Shown: in pieces, positions 45,545-59,020 of the stretch
Position numbering within the stretch: position 1 is the stretch's first letter
Layout of the letters: the number at the start of each line of letters is the position of its first letter
Assembly: GCA_051294375.1 (NCBI GenBank)
Contig: CM119264.1
Location: 22,965,826 to 23,029,825, forward strand
Length of the DNA stretch: 64,000 nt
Source: Paraspadella gotoi
Taxonomy: Eukaryota > Animalia > Chaetognatha
Direction of reading: 5' to 3'
Notes under the pieces: generated by a model
What the model saw: only the letters and a program-made list of their open reading frames with translations
What the model was told of the DNA's origin: nothing
Database searches by the model: none
Program-made: the position numbers and the translations under genes

Positions 45545-46210
45545 TATTGTTTTTCTTGTTGTTGTTGTTGTTGAAATGAGTTGGCAAAGTCGAGCGATTA
45601 ATATGGGGAACGAGAAGAGAGCGGCGAAGAGCGAANNNNNNNNNNNNNNNNNNNNNNNNNNNNNNNNNNNNNNNNNNNNNNNNNNNNNNNNNNNNNNNNN
45701 NNNNNNNNNNNNNNNNNNNNNNNNNNNNNNNNNNNNNNNNNNNNNNNNNNNNNNNNNNNNNNNNNNNNNNNNNNNNNNNNNNNNNNNNNNNNNNNNNNNN
45801 NCGTCGTTGTTGTTGTTGTCATCAATTTCTCTTTTACAGCCGATTATCGAAGTCATCAGAAANNNNNNNNNNATTGTTTTTCTTCTTGTTGTTGTTGAAA
45901 TGAGTTGGCAAAGTCGAGAGATTAATATGGGGAACGAGAAGAGAGCGGCGAAGAGCGAANNNNNNNNNNNNNNNNNNNNNNNNNNNNNNNNNNNNNNNNN
46001 NNNNNNNNNNNNNNNNNNNNNNNNNNNNNNNNNNNNNNNNNNNNNNNNNNNNNNNNNNNNNNNNNNNNNNNNNNNNNNNNNNNNNNNNNNNNNNNNNNNN
46101 NNNNNNNNNNNNNNNNNNNNNNNNNNNNNNNNNNNNNNNNNNNNNNNNNNCGTCGTTGTTGTTGTTGTCATCAATTTCTCTTTTACAGCCAATTATCGAA
46201 GTCATCAGAA
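45545..46210 (+). repeat. Tandem duplication across N gaps (probable scaffolding artefact)
   Basis: 45545-45862 and 45873-46210 have nearly identical flanks around gaps. Confidence 0.8.
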
Positions 46211-46354
46211 GTGAGAATTCAATTTTCTAAAAAAAAATCCAGGACTCTACGAATAGTGTCCTTAATTTAAGTAGTCATCACCAGTCGGTGATAATCAGGA
46301 TCATGATCATTAAAGTCATAATTATCATCATTATCATCCTCATTGTCATCATTA

Positions 46355-46391
<37 letters not shown>

Positions 46392-47881
46392 TGTCGTTCT
46401 CATCCCGTCTCCTTCCGCGCGAGAAAATATCGGCGCCCACAAAATTTCCCTTTTATTCGTCCTCGTTTTTTCTTTAACCGAAGTCTTTATCTTTCGCTTC
46501 TTTATCTTCATGGTTTTTTTTCCTTTATTTACCCAATTTACTATCCTTGTTTCTGTTTCTTCTTTGTCGTCTTTGTCGCTGTTAGATGTATGTTTAAATG
46601 TTGTGTTTAAATGTTTAAATGTTGTGTTTTCATCTCTGCAACCTGTTAAATTATCTTAAAAAAAGAATTATCGTTTTCGTTGTTTGGCTTCGTTTTTGAG
46701 ACTTTGAAGCAATCAAACTCTCGTTTTTCTTTTAGGTTAATAGGAGGCATTGCCGCCTTATGTTTTTCAAATATACCCATCCCTAAACTCCAACTGCACC
46801 TCTAAATATCCCCCTCAACAACCTTGACCCCGTCCCTAAACCCCGACCAAACTCTTCCGTATTCTCTATATCTCCAACCACAACCTTTGGGTGAAGTGAA
46901 AGTTTGAAATCAAAACTTAGCAGTTATATCTTGAAAACAATAATATTAGTGAATAATAATCTGTAGTTATTTCTTAGTATAGTAGCCCAGTTAGCCTTTT
47001 TTGTATATAGTGCTACCGTTAATAAATTTAAATAAATTTACCAAAGTATTTTTATGGGTTTNNNNNNNNNNNNNNNNNNNNNNNNNNNNNNNNNNNNNNN
47101 NNNNNNNNNNNNNNNNNNNNNNNNNNNNNNNNNNNNNNNNNNNNNNNNNNNNNNNNNNNNNNNNNNNNNNNNNNNNNNNNNNNNNNNNNNNNCCTATATC
47201 CAACCACACCCATCCTTATATCCAACCCCACCCATTTCTCTTTCCAATTCCAATTTTCTCTCCAACTCGAAGCAAAAACCCTTTCGTCTGGAATTTACGG
47301 TCAAAGCTTCAGCAGCAGAAGTCCAGCTGTGACAGATGCTGAATTAGCGTCGTCGTCGTCGTCGTTATCGTCGTGATTCTCTTCCTCGTCGTCATCGTCG
47401 TTGGAGGTCGTTGTCACTGACCTCTTTCGTCTCTTTTCAGTGTCGCCATTGTTGATAACCAATCGGGTCAAAGTTAAGCAATTCACCTCCGTTAGAGTTG
47501 AACTCACGTATTCCCTTTGGTCAGTCCTGCTCGATGTCGTCGTCTTCGTCATCGTCGTTGTCGTCGTCGATGTCGTCGCCGTCATTATTATCGTCGTCGT
47601 CATCATCGCAAGAAGGCGACAAAATTTTCGATTAACTCAAAAATAAAAAAAACAAAAACAAAACAAAAACCAAGGGTCGCGATTTTATTCCAATCAGAAT
47701 CGTGAGGAGTCAGGGTTAAAGGGGAGGCGCGCCTGTTTTTCTGTTTATTTTTATTCTGTTTTGCAGGAAAATTAGGAAAAGTAGTTTCGTATATTTAGAG
47801 AAATGGGAAGAGAGTTTTTGCTTTGATCTTTTTGTTTCGCAGTGAAAAATAAAGAAAAGCGGGAGAATTTTGTAGAAACAA

Positions 47882-47938
<57 letters not shown>

Positions 47939-48700
47939 TCTCTCTTCTCTCTTTGTTTGTTTGGCGAGGGTTGCGTAATTCGACGCAGTTGTCAGCAGCG
48001 CGGATGAAATGTTTTGCTCACCTGACGGCGGTCGCAGCGGCGCGGCGGGCGGCGCGGCGGCGGCAGCGCAGGTTGGGGGCGGGAGAAAAGAGGCGAGCGC
48101 CGTCTGCCGTCTAATGAGAAAAACGCTTGGCGCTTCCGCCAGCTGCTTGTCTCGAAAATGCTTGATTAAAGGCTTCGCTTTGGGGAAAGCTTTCCTTAGC
48201 GGGTCTGGCGGAGAGAGAGAGCGATACGTGATCCAGGGGAGAGAGAGAGAGAGAAAAAAAAGGAAGAGAGGAAATTCACAAAATTCTGGTGGATCTGTTA
48301 ATTTTTCTTTTTTATCTTAGAATCAAATTGGTGAAAAACTAAAAATTGAATCGAAAAAAAAAATTGAGATGAAAAATCTCGGCTGAGTTTTTATTTATGT
48401 TCGCATAGATCAACTAATTTAACAAAAGTGTTTTAAATACATTTAAAATATTTTACGTACTTTTTAAGATGTGTTATTCTGATTATTTAGGCGTAATCAA
48501 TTAACTTTCATACCGTCGTCGTCGTCATCGTCGTCGTCGTCATCGGTCATTAAAGTCGACATCATTTCGTCGTTATCGTCGTCGTCATCTTCTTCCACCA
48601 CCAGGTCTTGTACATCATCGTCATTGACATCGTCGTTCGTCATCATCGTCGTCATCTTCTTCCACCTGGTCTGAGATATGTTCATCTCCAAATCCTCCGC

Positions 48701-51303
48701 CCGCGGGCGGCTCTAGGGCGCCCAGGGGGCAGACTATTCCAGGGGGGAGCAGCAAAATGGTCATGAGGGGCGCCCTCTGGATTGCCTCAGGGGCGCCCCA
48801 GGGGGTTCCCCCTGGCCAACATTTTTGGTCTATAGGGGCGCCCCTAAGCTTAGCCCCCTGGGGCCAAAAAAAAGCTGCCCCTGGGTAACCCCTTGGGGAG
48901 CATAAAAAACTGCTCCCCCAGGGGCGAGGTAAAGAGAGAGCAAAGTTTTAGAATGAGAAAATATACTTCTGACTATGTTATATATCTAGAATATTCTCCC
49001 GTCTGTTACTCTCTCTTTCCTCTCCCCTTTCTTTTCTCTCTCCTCTTTTTCTCTCTCTCTCTTTTCTCATTCATTCTTCTTTTTTTTTTTTCTCTCTCTC
49101 TTTTTTCTCTCTCTATAGATCTTTTTTTTCTCAATCATGTCAGAATCCTCCTCCGTTCTCTAGTATTAAATTTTAGAAATTTTTAACTCTCCTGTTATAT
49201 TTTTTATATCCCCTTATTTATTCTTGTCTTGCTATATATTGTTAACGACTCATATATCATGATCCCGATATTTATCCTAAATTTTTAAGTATTTTTATTT
49301 TAACTTCCGCTTCTATTCTTCTCTCTCCTTGAGTCAGTTATAACTGACTATAGCGAACGACAGTAGTTTAACATAACAATGCTTAGCGATCTCTCTACGC
49401 TCTCTCTCACTCTCACAACTACTCTTCTATGCTTGGTCTTCAAAATATGCCTAATCAGTCATTCTCCCTCTCTTCTTTCCCTGCTTCTTCTCTATCTTTC
49501 TTCTTTTTAATGGTTTTTTTCTTTTTTGTGTCGGATCTCCTACTTGACTAGGTACCGTCATAGAAGAATCATTTTAACAAAACACCCAATATTCATAATT
49601 CGGTATGTTTAAAATTAGAAATTTAAATAATCATACCAAACAAATCAATGGGCAGTGACTGGAACAGACCTCCAATTAGTGATTATGTAGATCCCCCCGA
49701 ATAATAACCTCAATAAAAACTATTTCCACGTCCGTCGTCGAACCGATCTAAACGATTCTACATCATAAAATAAATGTTCGGTATTTTTTATTTTAAGCAT
49801 TTGATATATTCACCTTCCTAAATCAATTCTCACATTTGTAGTATTCGTGTTCTCAATGTTATCGTGAACTTCACTCGTTGTTAGTAGAGGCTGAGCGATT
49901 TGAGAGTAGACGAGTGCTACATGCTACAATACTCTCCTCTTATATCTCCTCGCTCAATCACATACTTTTTTCTACCCACACACAAAAATTTCTATTCCTT
50001 AATCCATCTATTTAATCACGAATCAATTTGAGCTCTTAATGCTAAATGTGGCATGGACTGCATATCTTAACTAACTCATCAATAACATATTTTTTTAATA
50101 ATTTATTCTGTTATAAGTGAATTAAAATTAAACCTGCCTACTACTTTATTTCATAAAATTTTTAAGACTAAAATCTTCTCGTCGTGCGCGTTCAGTATGA
50201 AACATATGAGTCTAAACGTTCAATGTCGTGTCTACATCGTGGAAAACAAAACAACAAACAGTTAATCTTTATACAATTGAACGAGTTATTTAGAAAAAAA
50301 TTTTGCCAGTCTTCTATTTCTCTTCTATCTCTTTTGTCTATTGTCTATCGGGATTACACAATTATTAATGAGCTAATGTTATAGTGATTGTCTGCCAAAA
50401 TATATTAATTTTGACCAAATATACAAGTGTCCCAACGGCATCTATCTAGAGGTGACCAAATTAATTGCAAGTTGACCAAATTATGATCTGCTTGAACTCA
50501 TTAAGCAAATGAACCAATTTCGCACTTTATACAGCTGCATACCCAATCTTCACTGCCTACATGCACACGCATCCTATGAAGCACATTAGAGCCAAATTAT
50601 GCAGAGTTGATTACGCAATATTGATTCGAGCTGGATATATGCAAATAATACTGATTAAATGTATTGTCTATATAGCTTACAGAAACACTATGGGAAAGTT
50701 GTACCAGAATTATATAGGAAAGTTACCAAATTTATTACTCTTAGGTATGTTTAGAACATCATACATAGCTGAGCGCAATTATGATAGAGTGATAGACAAG
50801 AGATTCAAGCAGATGTAACTAAATATAAGAAGAAATTTACCAGCATAAAAGTTTACCAGCAATTTTTAAAAGTTGAAATAATTATTTATCAGTGACCATT
50901 TGAGTCACAGTGACCGAGAATTTTAGTCATATTGACTAAATTTTGGCAAGGTGGACCAATTAATGCAAGTTTGGTTATTGTGTGCAGCTATTGGTTTCAT
51001 GATTGATAAATTGAAATGAAAATTATTATTATAGTTTGTATTGTAATGAAACAAGATGAAAATAGAGAAAGACCTTTAGATTAGAGAAAGAGAGAGAAAG
51101 AGAGGGAAGAGAGGAGAGAAGAATACGAGGGAGAGAGAGAGCGACGGTTCCAGGGTGCAGGAAAATTCCATTCCGACTGGAGCCCAGGGGCAAGGGTTAT
51201 AGGCCCCTGGGGGATTCCCCTGGAGTGGCCCCTTGGGGCTCCAAAAAAAGGCTAAGGGGAGCGCCTAGAGCTAAGGAATTGCCTGCCCTGGGGCCGCCCG
51301 CGG
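48701..51303. mobile_element. Putative non-autonomous DNA transposon with 19 bp terminal inverted repeats
   Basis: CCGCGGGCGGCTCTAGGGC (48701-48719) versus GCCCTGGGGCCGCCCGCGG (51285-51303), 17/19 complementary. Both ends carry GGGGCGCCCC/CCCCTGGGG subterminal repeats. No transposase ORF or target-site duplication is visible, and the sequence is noisy. Confidence 0.55.
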
Positions 51304-54300
51304 AAAGCAACCGCGAACAGGAGCCCAAGCCACACCACCGCGAGGAGAGTGGCCGCCCCCAAAGCACCGACCAGACACCGGACGAAGCGAGAGGAAAGAG
51401 GCGATTCTGAAGGAGAATGACATACTTGCCTGGTCTTGTAGACCGACAGTGCGTCATGAGACGAATCGCATCGGATCTGGCTGTGCGAAGGACTGCGGAC
51501 CCGGTCAAAAAGAAATATTTGATCCCAACCAGAGAATTTTCATTTAAATTTTCGTCACGAAAAAAATTTCATTTTTCTTGAGATTCATTTGGAAATATAA
51601 ACTTTCGAACGTTTTGAGATTTGATGAGGATAGTGGTTTTTGTGAGAGTGAGGAAGAGAGAGAGGAAAAGTGAAGAGAGAGACGTGAGAAGAGAAGAATA
51701 AGAGAAAGAGAGAGGAGAGAGTAAGAGCAGAGAGAAGAGAGAGAGGAGAGATGAAGAAAGAGGAAGGAAGGAAGAAAATAGAGAAGTTAGAGAAGAGAGA
51801 GAACAGCAGAAGTAAACGAGAAAGAGACAAAGACGCCTATGGTCTTTCCGTTCCCCTTTGCAGTCAAAGGAGAGAGAAAGATCGACGGTCCGGAGAGGAA
51901 ATTGAGTTGAGCTCAAACGAGAAAACCGTACTCTGAATCGCTCGAAACGGGACGGAAGTGAACGTGAAAAGGACTCTGCTGGAATGGGTATTCGTTGATG
52001 AGACTCACGGTCGTCTCACATGTGAACTTGTACTTCTCTCTTTTTTCCTTTACGTGGCGGTCGTTCTTTGCTCTCTCTCTCTCACGTATTTTTCTACTGT
52101 TTATCTTACACCCGATTCCTGAGCTGGCGATTCGGCGTTACCTTTACCCTCGCGCCTATACCAGGTTAATAAGTGTTCCGACCCTCGCACCAGTTACCGG
52201 TTGCGGGCGAATAACAATTCGGACAACTTTGCCACTTTAGCCCCAATGGTTCGGCCCATAGAGCAGCGATCCGAGGCGGATCGCGTATTCGGTGAATAAC
52301 GTTTTTACACGGTATACAAATGGAGTATCCGGTTTATTAATGGCCGAGGCTTTGATTATGCCTATATTGTTATTGTTATATTCTTTCTTGTCCCCATGGA
52401 CACAAAGGCTAAGTTATATAATTTAAAGTTTTTACTATCAATATTTTACACAAGTATTGTCAAAAATTTATTAGTAATAGGAATTAAAGTGATATTTTAA
52501 GAGAATTATAGTTGCGAGGATAAAAAAACTGTTTGTTATTATTATCTCGACAAGAAAACAATAAAGTAAAAGTGGACTGCCCCCGAGATGTCGAACAATA
52601 ATTAAAGTGGAAGATATAACCCTCATATATTTCGTCAGAATAAATGGAGTTGGGGATCGAATTAATAATGCACTAAAAAGGCACAAGTTCGAGCCGAATA
52701 CTTCTTTCTTATTCGGTGGAATCCGTCTGTAAGAGAGAAGAATGATAAAGCCTCATAAAGTAAATCTTTCTCTTGGGGCGTTTTATCGTTTAAAAAAATA
52801 ACTCATCGTTGTCATTCTTTGCTCTCTCTCCTCTCTCTATCTGACTCTCTTCATTTTCTATTTGTTTAATCACGAATTGCATCCAATCATTATTGATATA
52901 AATCGACATTTGTTCAGCATTTATTCTATTCTAATAAAATTTCAGATGTGAATATATTAAACACAATAAATAACCAGAAGACAAAACTAGCTGACAATCA
53001 CGGACAGAATAGATAAAGTGAAATTTAAATATTAATAAAAAGGATAGGATAGATACAAGTCTTGAAAAAGAAAAATACTACAGCGATCAAAAGTAAGAGC
53101 ATCCACGACAGAGATGAATTCAACTTGACGGAATTTTCAAAACATAGAAAAGAAAAGAAGAATGAGAGTTCAAAAAATGAATATTTAAAGACAAAACAAG
53201 TTCATTTACGTCCTATTCCGGATCCAGTCGAAGACAGCTAAAGAAATTGATTAAAAAAGATTTAAGTAACTATGATAGAGTCTCGAAGAAAGCAAGATGC
53301 GATTAACAAACTGATGTTATAGGCAAATCGCGAAGCGAGATTTGAGTTTACAGAAAATAAATGCAGTACAAATGAAGTATGAAGGACCGGTCGTCATTTA
53401 GTTATAGAAAGACGAGTTTCAAATCTTGATTTAACCGGCATTATAAGTTATCTACCGTTTGTCAATCTTGAGATAATATGAAATGAAATAATAAAATTAA
53501 TGATAGAGCACACGAATAAGAAATTCACAACAAATACGCTCGTCAACGTGCAAATTTAAACATGAAAGTAAAGAAAGAGCTTTTAAAAAATACAAAAGAC
53601 CCGCATGTGACCAAAGAAACTCATGGATTAACCGTGAAAAGCATGGATAAATATATAGAAATTTGCAAACAAAGTTAGGAAGTTGACAAAAGAAAATTTT
53701 AAATTGGAAAGATGACCTAAAAAGATTGGCTAGTCAGATTACCCAATAATGGAAGACGCAATATGACGGAGAGGAACACGCAGGAAACTGAAGAAAGAAA
53801 GAAAAAAAAAGAAACAGGAGAGCGAAAAGACCAAAAAAAAAGAGTAAACAAAAGAAGAAAAGAAAATCTATACCTCATAACTAAAAAGAAAGATAAAAGA
53901 AAGATCTGTACATCACTTAGAGAACCGGTTGCGGAAAACGTTCGCGGGACAAAAGGAAACGGGGTTAGACCACGCCGAAATTAGCAAAAATAATCGAATG
54001 GACGTTTACGAGATGCCGTAAGATAGAAGAGAGAATGAAGGTTAGAGAGATTAGAGAACAGATTGGAATTAGTCACGCAGTAACAACGATGACCTACCTC
54101 GATATTAGAGAGGAAGAGAGAAAGAGAGAGAGGAGACGAGAAAGAGAGAGAGAAAGACGAAAAGACGAGAGAGTAGTGAGAGCAATGTGAAAGAAGTTCA
54201 CACAGATTCTGCTTAGAGGCTCTCGGTCTGAAAAAAGACTGTAAGTTGCCGGCTCCCGAGTAAAAATCTCTTGATGATAGTCAGGCCAGATTGTTGAGTA

Positions 54301-55324
54301 GACCGGCAGTCCGAGCTCCCTTGCCGCCCTCGTTGTTTCTGCTGGACTGCACTGGAGAAGGCAGTGAAAGCTGTCATCGCATCTTCTCCCGATTCTGATT
54401 TCGCTCTCTCTCTCTCTACTGCTATTCTCTTTCATCTCTTCTTCTCTCTCTCTCTCTCTCTTTCTCTTCTCTCTCTCTCTCTTCTCTCTACTCTTCTTCT
54501 CTTCATCTTACTTATCTCTCTCTCATCATCTCTCTGTTTATTAAGCAAAAATAATAACAATTTAAATAAATATGTAATTCAAAACACTCTCATCGGTAAC
54601 AGTTACCATGATTTGAGATACATCATTTCGAATCGATCGTCTCCCGTCTAAAATGATGACTTTTGTNNNNNNNNNNNNNNNNNNNNNNNNNTGCGCTTTT
54701 ACGTTTTTATCGCGGAAATCATGGACTTTCGTTTCTGAGGCGAAAAGCGCTTTAAGGTAACGGTAAAGGCTAGGATAAAATAAGACGGGAAAGTTTGAGT
54801 AAGGAGCTGGAATTATCGGCCGGTGAAGTGAAATTGAGAGTTCCCATTGGTGTCGAGGGAACGTTTCTATGGGTGCGCTCCTCATGATCATTTGCAGTAG
54901 CAATCTTTGAAACTTAAATATAACACCATTTGAAATTGATTTACAATTTTTTCGTGGTTTTAGTGATTTAAAAATACAAATTATTATTACTATTAATTTA
55001 ATCTCGTGAGCGTCAGCGAATCTATAATTTGCACCCGTCACAGTTAAATTGTGCTTTCTTCATCTCCACCTCGTCTTTCCAGTCGAGGAAAAAGTTGCAG
55101 CGCGTAAAAATTTTCCGACGTCGAAAGATAAAAGTTTATCCCTCAGGAGAACCGCAATTCAGCTTTAATTTTGGAGCGGAACAGAAAGAAGGAAATAAGA
55201 ACAACAACAACGACGACAGAAAAACAACCAAGTAGACACTTTCTTTATTGGGAAGAAAATCGAGCGAAACGATTTCAATGTAGAACGAATAATAGGATCA
55301 ATAAGTTTTTATGTTTTGTTTCTT

Positions 55325-55470
55325 TATGATAAAAAAAATATACTTTTATTGTAAAAAACAAAATGGAATCCATTTTGTTTGAGTTTCTTTATCATGAAAA
55401 AAAATACATTGTTATTGTAAAAACAAAATGAGAATCCTTTTGTTTTGAGTCCTTTCTTTATCATGAAGAA
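55325..55470 (+). repeat. ~65 bp tandem duplication
   Basis: TTATTGTAAAAA(A)CAAAATG..AATCC..TTGTTT(T)GAGT..TTCTTTATCATGAA occurs twice. Confidence 0.8.
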
Positions 55471-57900
55471 AAACAACTTGATATGGGCTTTGTTTTTCAC
55501 GTGGATGCGCGACAATGGAGACCGAAAATCTGAGGCGTCTCTCTCGGGGGAAAAAAACGAGATTTTAGAATATCTCATAATTCGAAAATGATTCTTGTTC
55601 CAAAGGAACTGAATCTGTAAAAGAAGGAGAAGGGGAAAGGAGAATGAAGAAGGGAAAGGGGAAGGAGGCAACAAAGGGGAATAAGGGGTGGGACATTGGA
55701 GGAGGGACAGGCAGAATGAGCAGAGACATCGAGTAGAGAGAGAGAGAACAATCTAAATGTAATGGAAGGAACAAATAAGTCAGAAACAAATATTATTTGT
55801 GAAAGGATGATAGATGAATGATGAAAATAAATAGAATAGAAATGAGATAAATAAAAAAATAAGAATAATATAAATAAATAAAATAAATAAATGAAATAAT
55901 AATAAATAATAATAATAAATAAAGTATAAATAAATAAATAAATAAATAATAAAAATAGCAACACCAATAATAAACAAAATGAAAATTAAGAAATAAATAA
56001 TCGGAAAAGTGAAAATAGTCACTACCAAACATCTAATTTTGTGAATAGCGTAAGAATGTTGCCTGGTATGGTTAAATAGTGTATAATTATATTTCTTTCA
56101 GTGCTCTCAAAGGTTTTTTTACTTGTCATAATTGTGCTGTTGTCTTAAGTCCATTTAGGTGATACCTTATTGGTCCAGCCAAAAAAAATTACCATTTTTT
56201 TTCTGACAGATCTTCTTTGGACGTCAGCAACAAACCCTTAAAGGCAAACTAAAAGAAGAAAAAAATAGACAGAGTATGACATGTGGAAGAGAAAAAAAGT
56301 GGAGAGTTTGAAAAACAAAGGACGAGTCAAAAGGTCCGTTATTGGAGTCAAGAGAAAAGAAGAAAAAGAGGAAAATATTGAAATAGGGAAAAGACAATAT
56401 ACAATGATATCAGCTTCAAAAAGGACACAAGAAAAAAAACAATGAGAATAAACAAGGATGAAAGAAAAAAAATAAGTAGGGAGGAGGAAAAAATGTCAGA
56501 GAATTGCCTTCATGATTCGTCTTCTTTATACAGATAATTCCGTCGTCGTCGTTTTCTTCGTCATCGTCTTTATTATAGTTTTTATTCGTAGTTCTCCGGT
56601 TGTTTTTCGTCGTTTTTGTCGTCGTTTTCGTCGTCGTTTTCCCGGTTTATTGAACAGACAAAAGAGACGAAATATCGTTTTATTGCTTTTCATTTTCGCC
56701 CCGCGATTTTTCTTTTTTTTTTTCCCGGATATTTTGTTCATCAGACGAGATGTGACGTCATTTTGTGTCACGTGACGTCGTTTTTTTGTCACATTATTGC
56801 AAATAACTTCTCTGGAAAGACGACGCTCTATTCCGGCGAAATTAATAAATAGCTAATGGAAAAAAAAAGATAAAAGTAAAAGAATAGGAATGTTTTTTAA
56901 GGTAATATCCTTATTATGAATTCAGTGAATCAAGCGGGTGGGTGTTTGATATACTTTGCTTGAAAATTAATAGTTTTCTAACGAGCTAACCAGCATTGTT
57001 TAAAAGTTTAAAATACTCCTCATCCATAACCAAATTTTTATGTTACCTTTTAACAGAGATAATGATGACAAAACAAAATATTAGGAGCATGTACCAAAAC
57101 ATGTGTATATGAAACGTATCAACGTAAAAAAAATGATTAAATAAGAATATATTGATAACAGAGACACATTTTTTTTTTCGAATCAAGAATGTGGTTCTTC
57201 TCGCCGGTTGAAGCAGAAGTTGGGGAACTCCATATCTCGAATTAGGAGTAAGAAATATGACCCTGGGAAAGGGAGGAGGAGGAGGAGGAGGAGGAGGAGG
57301 CGGAGGAGGAAGAAGAAGAAGAAAAGGAGTGGGAGCCGTGGGGGTTATCGATCTATGGTAAGGCGGTTGGGGTCAGGGGTTGCGGATGATCTATTCCTGG
57401 AGGGAGAGGGCGTAACCCGAGCGTTTATAGTATTTGTGTCCGCGGCGGAGAGGGAGGCATAGATATTACCTCGATTAAGTTAAGATAAAGTTAAATTTTG
57501 GCCCAGGATTATTTTATAGAAAAGAAAAGTCGGAGGTGAGTTCCTTCGAGAAATGAATTTCCGGCGATGGAATGATTTGATAAACAAAACAACAAAATAA
57601 AAACACATAGAATACTGAAGTTCGTCTGGCGAACAGTTAATTTGATTTTTGCAAATAAACAAAATTGGTATATATATATATTTAGATGTAAATTAAATGT
57701 TACCTTGAAGCACTAAAAAGTAAAGTTCAGAAATGACAGACAAGTAAATAAAAATAAGACAAATAAGCTTGCTTTCCATTTACTAAACTAGCTTGGGTTT
57801 TCGCCCGGAGGCCAAACGAGTAGTTTTCTCAATTCATCATCGCCCGAATCTTTGAAAAAAGGAAAAAAAGGAAAAAGATTTCACGCTCCTCATCTGCGGA

Positions 57901-57937
<37 letters not shown>

Positions 57938-57951
57938 CCCCCTTCCTCTCT

Positions 57952-57994
<43 letters not shown>

Positions 57995-58096
57995 TCAAGA
58001 ATCTGCGCCACTTCCGGTTTTTCCGACCGCGAACACGAGACGTGCGCCGACTCACGAAACGAGTTTATGGATCCGTAATACGCCGACTCTCTCTCT

Positions 58097-58169
<73 letters not shown>

Positions 58170-58423
58170 TTTCTTCATCTTAACTTCCATCTCGCTGCCT
58201 CCTTTCTTCTCCATTTCAAACGGATTACTGCTTAAGATGCAATGAAACGAATTTATAAAAAGTTGGGGACATTGAGGGAGACATGAGAGAGAGGGGAGAA
58301 GGGAGAGAGGAGAAAGAGAGGGGAGAAAGGGAGTGAAAGAAAGTGAAAGAGAAAAAAGAAAGAGAGAAAAGGGGGGAGAAGAGAGACGAGAGGAGAGAGA
58401 GAGAGAGGGAGAGAAGACGAAGG

Positions 58424-58459
<36 letters not shown>

Positions 58460-58842
58460 AAACAGACAGAGAGAGAGACAGAGACATAGACAGAGTGAGA
58501 GAGAGAAGAAAAGAAAGAGAGAGAGACACAGACAGAGAGAGAGAGTGAAAGAAAGCGATTTCATATCTTTGTCGATCGTGCGGATCACGATGGAAATAAA
58601 CCCTTTTTTTTCCTTTTCTATTCTGTTTTCTTTTTTGGTCCAAATTTCTTTCATTCGCCTCCATCATCCTCACCAAACTTCTCCCTTTTCCTCCCCCGTC
58701 TCTTACATAATTCACAAAAATTCCCCGCTTCACTGTATTTTTTAAACTTCTAAATTTTTTGCCCCAAACTTTTTTTTAAATTCGTCCCTTTTCGGTTGCT
58801 TCACTTAACCCCCTCCTTTCGACTAGCAATTTAAATCTTTTT

Positions 58843-59020
58843 TCATTAATTCAATAAATAAGTTATCTTGACTCCTGACTTGGGAAAGGCTTTGGTGAGT
58901 TAAGGTTTCCATCCATCTTACAAGATGATAACACTCTAAGATTTAAATAAAGACTTTTACAGTATAGCTTATTAACTTCAAGAGTAATTTGATTCCCAAG
59001 ATATGAAATATTATAGTATC
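58843..59020 (+). repeat. Diverged copy 3 of the intronic element
   Basis: AATAAATAAGTTATCTTG...AGGCTTTGGTG..TTAAGG..TCCATC..TCTTACAAGAT aligns with 34780-34950. Confidence 0.7.

Noticed and set aside
47301-47606. Thr/Asp-rich ORF with an RRKR site, and similar ORFs at 48497, 59341 and 61986
   Set aside because: Dominated by (GAC)n repeats, with no supported start, splice structure or domain.
51600-54660. Scattered ORFs in the 52-54 kb region
   Set aside because: Looks like low-accuracy gap-fill ending at a 25-N gap; no recognisable protein motif.
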